A stretch of DNA of 64,000 bases from Eledone cirrhosa (lineage: Eukaryota), in NCBI GenBank assembly GCA_964016885.1, contig CAXHJY010000212.1, positions 1 to 64,000 on the forward strand, read 5' to 3'. Position 1 is the stretch's first letter. Every line of letters starts with the position of its first letter. Positions 56,755-64,000 of this stretch are shown here, one piece after another. Both the position numbers and the translations under genes were made by a program. The notes below the pieces were generated by a model, which worked only from the letters and a program-made list of their open reading frames with translations, was not told the origin of the DNA and ran no database searches.

Positions 56755-57665
56755 TATACATATATATATACATATATATATATATATACATATATATATA
56801 CATATAACATATATATATATACATATATATATATATACATATATATATACATATATATATAATATATATACATATATATATATACATATATATATATACA
56901 TATATATATACATATATATATATACATATATATATACATATATATATACATATATATATACATATATATATATACATATATATATACATATATATATATA
57001 CATATATATATATACATATATATATACATATATATATACACATATATATATACATATATATATACATATATATATACATATATATATACACATATATATA
57101 TATACATATATATATACACATATATATATACACATATATATATACACATATATATACATATATATATACACATATATATATACATATATATATATACATA
57201 TATATATATACATATATATATACATATATATATATACATATATATACATATATATATACATATATATATATACATATATATATATACATATATATACATA
57301 TATATATACATATATATACATATATATATACATATATATATATACATATATATACATATATATATACATATATATATATACATATATATATACATATACA
57401 TATATATATACATATATATATACATATATATATACATATATATATACATATATATATACATATACATATATATACACATATATATATACATATATATATA
57501 TACATATATATATACACATATATATATACATATATATATACATATATATATATACATATATACATATATATATACATATATATATATACATATATACATA
57601 TATATATACATATATATATATATACATATATATATACATATATATATATATACATATATATATAC

Positions 57666-57742
<77 letters not shown>

Positions 57743-58261
57743 TATATACATATATATATATATACATATATATATATACATATATATATATATACATATA
57801 TATATATACATATATATATACATATATATATATATACATATATATATACATATATATATACATATATATATATACATATATATATATACATATATATATA
57901 CATATATATATACATATATATATACATATATATATACATATATATATATACATATATATACATATATATATACATATATATATACATATATATATATACA
58001 TATATATATACATATATATATACATATATATATACATATATATATACATATATATATACATATATATATATACATATATATATATACATATATATATATA
58101 CATATATATATATACATATATATATATACATATATATATACATATATATATACATATATATATACATATATATATAGATATATATATATACATATATATA
58201 TAGATATATATATATACATATATATATATACATATATATATACATATATATATACATATAT
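55787..58261. repeat. (TA)n/(TATATATACA)n microsatellite, 2.5 kb
   Basis: Direct inspection. Confidence 0.97.
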
Positions 58262-58740
58262 AGTTGAATATACAGTTGAGCAGTTGAAGTATAAGGACGT
58301 GTTTTTACTTCTCTCCCCGAGTAAGCAGCAAGTCACACAGCCACAAAACAAAACCACAAGACAAAACCAAACAAACAAAAATTGACCGGTTAATACATTT
58401 ACATACATCTATATTATTATATATTTGAAAATTAACCGGTTAATACATTTACATACATCTATATTATTATATATTTGAAACCACGTGTTTTCGAACTTGT
58501 GAGTACATTTTCCTTTAACTACAAATTATTATTATATACTTTCGTCTTTTCATTAACTTAATTAATTTCAAATAACCAGAATATACATATATATATATAT
58601 ATACTCATATTTATATATATACTCTTCTCACTCACACACAAGAAAAACAAAAAACAAAAATAAATCAAAAAATAAATTTAAAAAAAATATATATATATAT
58701 TGAAATACTTAACTAAAACACACACACACTCAAAACTAGA

Positions 58741-59859
58741 ATGGCTAACCAGCCAAAATCCAAACAGAACTGGTCTGATAATGAAATCGACATTCTAATA
58801 AACACATGGCATTGCCTTTCCCAAACAGAAGACATAGATGCTTCATCTCTGAACGCCATTGCTAAACGTACAGTTCAATTTTTGAAAACTCGATCTGAAC
58901 AACAGATTCAAAATAAATTAAAGCAAATCGAAATTGCTTTTAAATTAATCAATAAACATTTGGATAAACTACGGTGTGTTTTTTCTTCTTCGAATGCTGT
59001 CCAGCAGCAGCAACAGCAGCTACAACAACAACAGCAACAACAGCAACAACAACAACGACAACAACAGTGTGAACCACTCCTTGATTCATCAACAATGGCC
59101 GATCTACTAAATGAAACTATTGACCCCCCAGTAGCCTCTGTCTCACAGCATGAAACGCCACATCCTATCTCTCGCCCAGCAGTCCAATCATCACCACTGC
59201 CAACATCTCTGCCTACTACTACTACTACTACTACAACATTTTTGTCTACTGCTATGTCAAGGAATTTACCTTCTAATACCAGAACAAGAACTCTCCCTCC
59301 CACAGTCCACAAAGGTCGTCAAATCCTACCCAAACCATCATCTACACCTCTCACAACACACACACCCACATACCCACCCACTCGAAACCCCATCATTTGC
59401 CGCTACTCTCTACGCTATAGAATATGTACGGATAGTGGCTGCAAATTCACCCATTTACCTAAGACAAAACGATCTATCCCCACAAACAGCCACCACCATA
59501 ATACATACTCTAATTTAACACCAACACAACCACCAATAACTCAAACAAGGAATCCACAAATCTGCCGCTTTTCCCTGCGAGACAGATTGTGTTTAGACCG
59601 GGATTGTCCCTTTACCCATCTCCCGGGGACCCGTCGGACAAATGAAAATAAAATTAAAAATAAAAGCAAAAACAAAAACCATAACCTACATAAAAATAAC
59701 CACTACCACAGTCACCAACAGTCTTCTAAACAGGAAACTTCTTCCTCTTTTTTAGCCATAATGAATCTGGCAAAAGAACTGGAAAAAAACATTCGAGCTA
59801 TCACCCAGCACCACCCTCCACTATCACCCCACTGCACAAACTCCCATTGCTGCCATTAA
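58741..59859 (+). CDS. LINE-B ORF1: Myb/SANT-like N-terminus, polyQ, two CCCH fingers
   Basis: WSDNEIDILINTW...RSEQQIQNKLKQI; CRYSLRYRICTDSGCKFTH and CRFSLRDRLCLDRDCPFTH. Confidence 0.85.
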   Translation: MANQPKSKQNWSDNEIDILINTWHCLSQTEDIDASSLNAIAKRTVQFLKTRSEQQIQNKLKQIEIAFKLINKHLDKLRCVFSSSNAVQQQQQQLQQQQQQQQQQQRQQQCEPLLDSSTMADLLNETIDPPVASVSQHETPHPISRPAVQSSPLPTSLPTTTTTTTTFLSTAMSRNLPSNTRTRTLPPTVHKGRQILPKPSSTPLTTHTPTYPPTRNPIICRYSLRYRICTDSGCKFTHLPKTKRSIPTNSHHHNTYSNLTPTQPPITQTRNPQICRFSLRDRLCLDRDCPFTHLPGTRRTNENKIKNKSKNKNHNLHKNNHYHSHQQSSKQETSSSFLAIMNLAKELEKNIRAITQHHPPLSPHCTNSHCCH

Positions 59860-62800
59860 CAAACAAACAAATTAACAACACACCAAAACAATTAAAACCA
59901 TCCACTCTCGCCTCTACATTTTTGCTTAACGCCCAAGGCATCAGCCCTTCCACCAATACTCAAAAGTGGAAGATCAAATTCACGGAGGACTGGATTGATG
60001 TCCATCCAAACCACATCCCTTTCTTCGTCCTCACTGAAACCCATCTCAGTAACCTCCACTTGGAAGCCGAGGTGAAAGTGAAAAATTTCAAAGCCATCCG
60101 TGCTGATCGCGCTGGCAGAAGAAAGGGCGGAACTGCCATTTATGTCCATAATTCTTTCTCAACAGAGGCTATGAACATATTCACTAATGGATACTGTGAG
60201 GCAGTCACTGTATTCAGTCAAATCAACAACCTATTAGTAGTTGGGCTCTATAGGCCACCCCAAACGCCTGTACCATGCTTCAAGGAATGCCTCAACAGCA
60301 TAAAGTGTTTCATCCAAGAGTGTCACCCTGACAACATCTTAATGATGGGGGACTTCAACCTCCCCGGAGTTGACTGGTCCACAAACAGCCTGCCACCAGG
60401 TTCTTCTGCCTCAACCTCTGACAGGGAAGCTGTGGAATCGCTTCTTGACTTCATGGATGATTTCTTCCTATCCCAACTGGTGCTCGAACCAACGAGGTGC
60501 CACAAAAACGTCCTAGACTTAATTTTCAGCAATCACACTGACAATATCCACAATATTGCAGTGGAGAAAACTCTACTCTCTGATCATGACATGGTTCTCT
60601 GTGATCTGAGATTCCACCGTCCAATATACAAACCCAATGTCCATCCGTTTGACGCTATGGATTTCCACAATGCAAACTGGGAAGCGATCAGTCATGATCT
60701 TGCACATGTCGACTGGTCCTTCACGCACACTCATACACCCACTAACATCAAAAAGTCCTGGCAGACATTTGTGGACACTGTTACAAACATATGTGCTAAA
60801 CACACCCCATTAAGAACTATAAACAAATCTAAGAGCAGAATCCCTAGAAATAGAAAAACGCTCATCAGAAAAATTAAGAGAACAAACAAAAAAATCAACA
60901 AGCTGAAATACTATCAGCAGCAACACATCAACTTGACTGCCATTTCATCACTAGAGATTAAAAAACATAACCTCCAAAACAACATAATGTCCCTCATCAA
61001 CAATCAGAGAAGAGCTGAAGAGGCCTGGGCCATTGAGAAGATCAAACTCAATCCCAAAGTGTTCTTTTCATTTGCAAAAAAACACAAAATCACTGGCTCT
61101 ACTGTTGGCCCTCTAATTGATGAAAATGGCACTCTTCAAGACAATGCTAAAACCATGGGTGAGATACTGCAGAAACAATACTGCTCTGTTTTCAGCAATC
61201 CTGATATGGCCGATCTGGGCTGTATCGGCGATGTTACTCCCCATTACGCCTTATCGGACATAACGTTTGGCGCCCCTGATGTATTGGCGGCAATAAAGGA
61301 AATCAAGCATAATTCAGCAGTAGGTCCCGATAGGTTCCCTGCTTGTGTCTTGAAGGCGTGTCAACACCAACTTGCATCTCCTCTTGCCAATCTGTGGCGG
61401 AACTCACTGGATGCTGGATATGTGCCAGAAAACCTTCTATCCCAGTCTGTTGTCCCAGTTTTCAAAAAGGGAAACAAATCCCTTGCCGTGAATTACCGTC
61501 CAATCTCACTCACCTCTCATATCATTAAGGTATTTGAGAGAGTGGTGAGATCGCGAATGACCCACTTCCTTGAGAGTAACAATATGCTGAACTCCAACCA
61601 GCATGGATTCCGTAATGGAAGGGATTGCCTGACGCAGCTACTGCATCACTTTGATGACATTTTGAGAGCCTTGGGAGAGGGTTCCAACACTGATGTTATC
61701 TACCTTGATTTCAGCAAGGCCTTTGACAGGGTTGATCATAACATTCTACTGAGAAAGCTGTCCAATATTGGTGTCACTGGAAAGCTGCTGCAGTGGATCA
61801 AGAGCTTCCTGTCAAACAGAACCCAACATGTTGTAGTTGAGGGAGTCAAATCAAGCCCAGCCAAAGTCAGTAGTGGGGTCCCACAAGGCACTGTGTTGGG
61901 CCCACTTCTCTTCATCATCTATATTAATGACATCATTGACATCATCAAACACAGCAACATTAAAATTTTCGCTGATGATTCCAAGCTCCAAAAGGTCATC
62001 AATGGCGTGGATGACCGGATAAGCCTTCAGTCAGACCTACTGGCTGTTACCCAATGGGCGGAAAAGAACAACATGTTACTGAACGAAGACAAATTCGAAC
62101 TGATCCACTTTGGAAAAGAGGATGCTCTGAAACTCCCGTACTCCCTTCCCTCCGGGGAAACTCTCGTGGCATCTAACAACATCAGAGACTTGGGAGTAAC
62201 CGTGGACAGCAAAATAAGCTGGACCACGCATATAAGCAGCAAAGTTGACATGGCCCGCAGAATGTGTTCCTGGATCCTCAGAACCTTCCAGTCGAGAGAT
62301 TCCCGCACCATTATCCTTCTCTTCTCTACTTTTGCCCGACCACACCTTGAATACTGTTGTCCACTGTGGTCTCCCCACACGAAACAAAGTATCATGAAAC
62401 TTGAAGCTCCTCAAAGGGCAATCACGAAAAAGATAGATGGCATGTCAGACCTTGACTACTGGGGTCGATTAGAAAACCTGAAACTTTACTCACTCCAACG
62501 TCGCCGTGGGCGTTATATTATCTGCATGATGTGGAAAATGTTCCATCATCACTGCCCAAATGATGTTGGCATCGCCTTCAAGATACACCCAAGGCTTGGG
62601 CCCCGTGCTATCCGTCCCATTCAAAAATCTAAATCGCAACTCATAACAACAATACGGCACAATTATTTCACCTCAATCGGCACAATTATTTCACCTCAAT
62701 CGGCCCTGCTCTCTTCAACATCACACCAGGACACGTCAAAACAGAAACTGACCACACAAAATTCAAGAAGTCTTTGGACAAATTCCTCCAAGTAATGCCG

Positions 62801-62878
62801 GACAAACCACCCACACCCGGATATGTCTCCGCAAACAGTAATTCTCTTCTCGAATGGGCCATGGTGCCCAAATCCTGA
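59847..62878 (+). CDS. LINE-B ORF2, APE + RT; frame open from 59730; C-terminus frameshifted by a 23-bp duplication
   Basis: NAQG, TETHL, YRPP, GDFN, LDL, SDH; [34 protein letters not shown]; ancestral stop at 62876-62878. Confidence 0.95.
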
Positions 62879-62965
62879 ATTGAAAGACTTCGCCAGGTGG
62901 TGCTATTAAGTTAGACATGGCCTGGGCCAATACTGGCCAAAACATTTCAAAGTTATTCAAAGTTA

Positions 62966-63034
62966 TACATATATATATATATACATATATATATACATAT
63001 ATATATATACATATATATATACATATATATATAC

Positions 63035-63121
<87 letters not shown>

Positions 63122-63426
63122 CATATATATATACATATCTATATATATACATATATATACATATCTATATATATACATATATATATACATATATATATAT
63201 ATATACATATATATATACATATATATATACATATATATATATATATACATATATATATACATATATATATATACATATATATATACATATATATATACAT
63301 ATATATATACATATATATATACATATATATATACATATATATATACATATATATATACATATATATATACATATATATATAAATACATATATATATACAT
63401 ATATATATACATATATATATATATAC

Positions 63427-63479
<53 letters not shown>

Positions 63480-63504
63480 CATATACATATACATATATAT
63501 ATAC

Positions 63505-63552
<48 letters not shown>

Positions 63553-63566
63553 ATATATACATATAC

Positions 63567-63645
<79 letters not shown>

Positions 63646-63652
63646 CATATAC

Positions 63653-63751
<99 letters not shown>

Positions 63752-63760
63752 CATATATAC

Positions 63761-63792
<32 letters not shown>

Positions 63793-63860
63793 ACATATAT
63801 ACATATATATATACATATATATATATACATATATATATATATACATACATATATATATAC

Positions 63861-63893
<33 letters not shown>

Positions 63894-64000
63894 CATACAT
63901 ATATATATACATATATATATATATACATATATATATACATATATACATATATATATACATATATACATATATACATACATATATATATATACATATATAT
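62966..64000. repeat. (TA)n compound microsatellite
   Basis: Direct inspection. Confidence 0.97.

Larger units (their letters stand above)
58262..62965 (+). mobile_element. LINE-B, apparently full-length CR1/L2-group retrotransposon inserted in (TA)n
   Basis: ~480-bp 5'UTR (with a ~49-bp duplication at 58378-58480), ORF1, ORF2, short 3'UTR and (TTCAAAGTTA)2 tail; TA tracts on both sides. Confidence 0.95.

Overview
Gene-poor, extremely (TA)n/(TACA)n-rich eukaryotic DNA. The SINE and LINE families present point to an octopod cephalopod (inference). No host protein-coding gene could be supported; nearly all long ORFs in the track are microsatellite translations. The window is a mosaic of retroelements inserted into TA tracts. 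It holds two near-complete CR1/L2-group LINEs (38762-42557 and 58262-62965), two Penelope-like (Naiad-type GIY-YIG) 3' fragments with ~1.5 kb inverted pLTRs, and a 483-bp hammerhead-ribozyme tandem array resembling a retrozyme. It also holds several further hammerheads, bipartite RTE non-autonomous elements, CRE- and R4-like RLE fragments, Meta-domain SINEs, Helitron-like elements and a TIR element carrying a PHD ORF. The strongest lead is in the two divergent LINEs. In both, ORF2 lacks a usable ATG, lies in the -1 frame, and is reachable through an in-frame HIV-type slippery heptamer T_TTT_TTA in the ORF1/ORF2 overlap, suggesting retrovirus-like programmed -1 frameshifting in LINEs.
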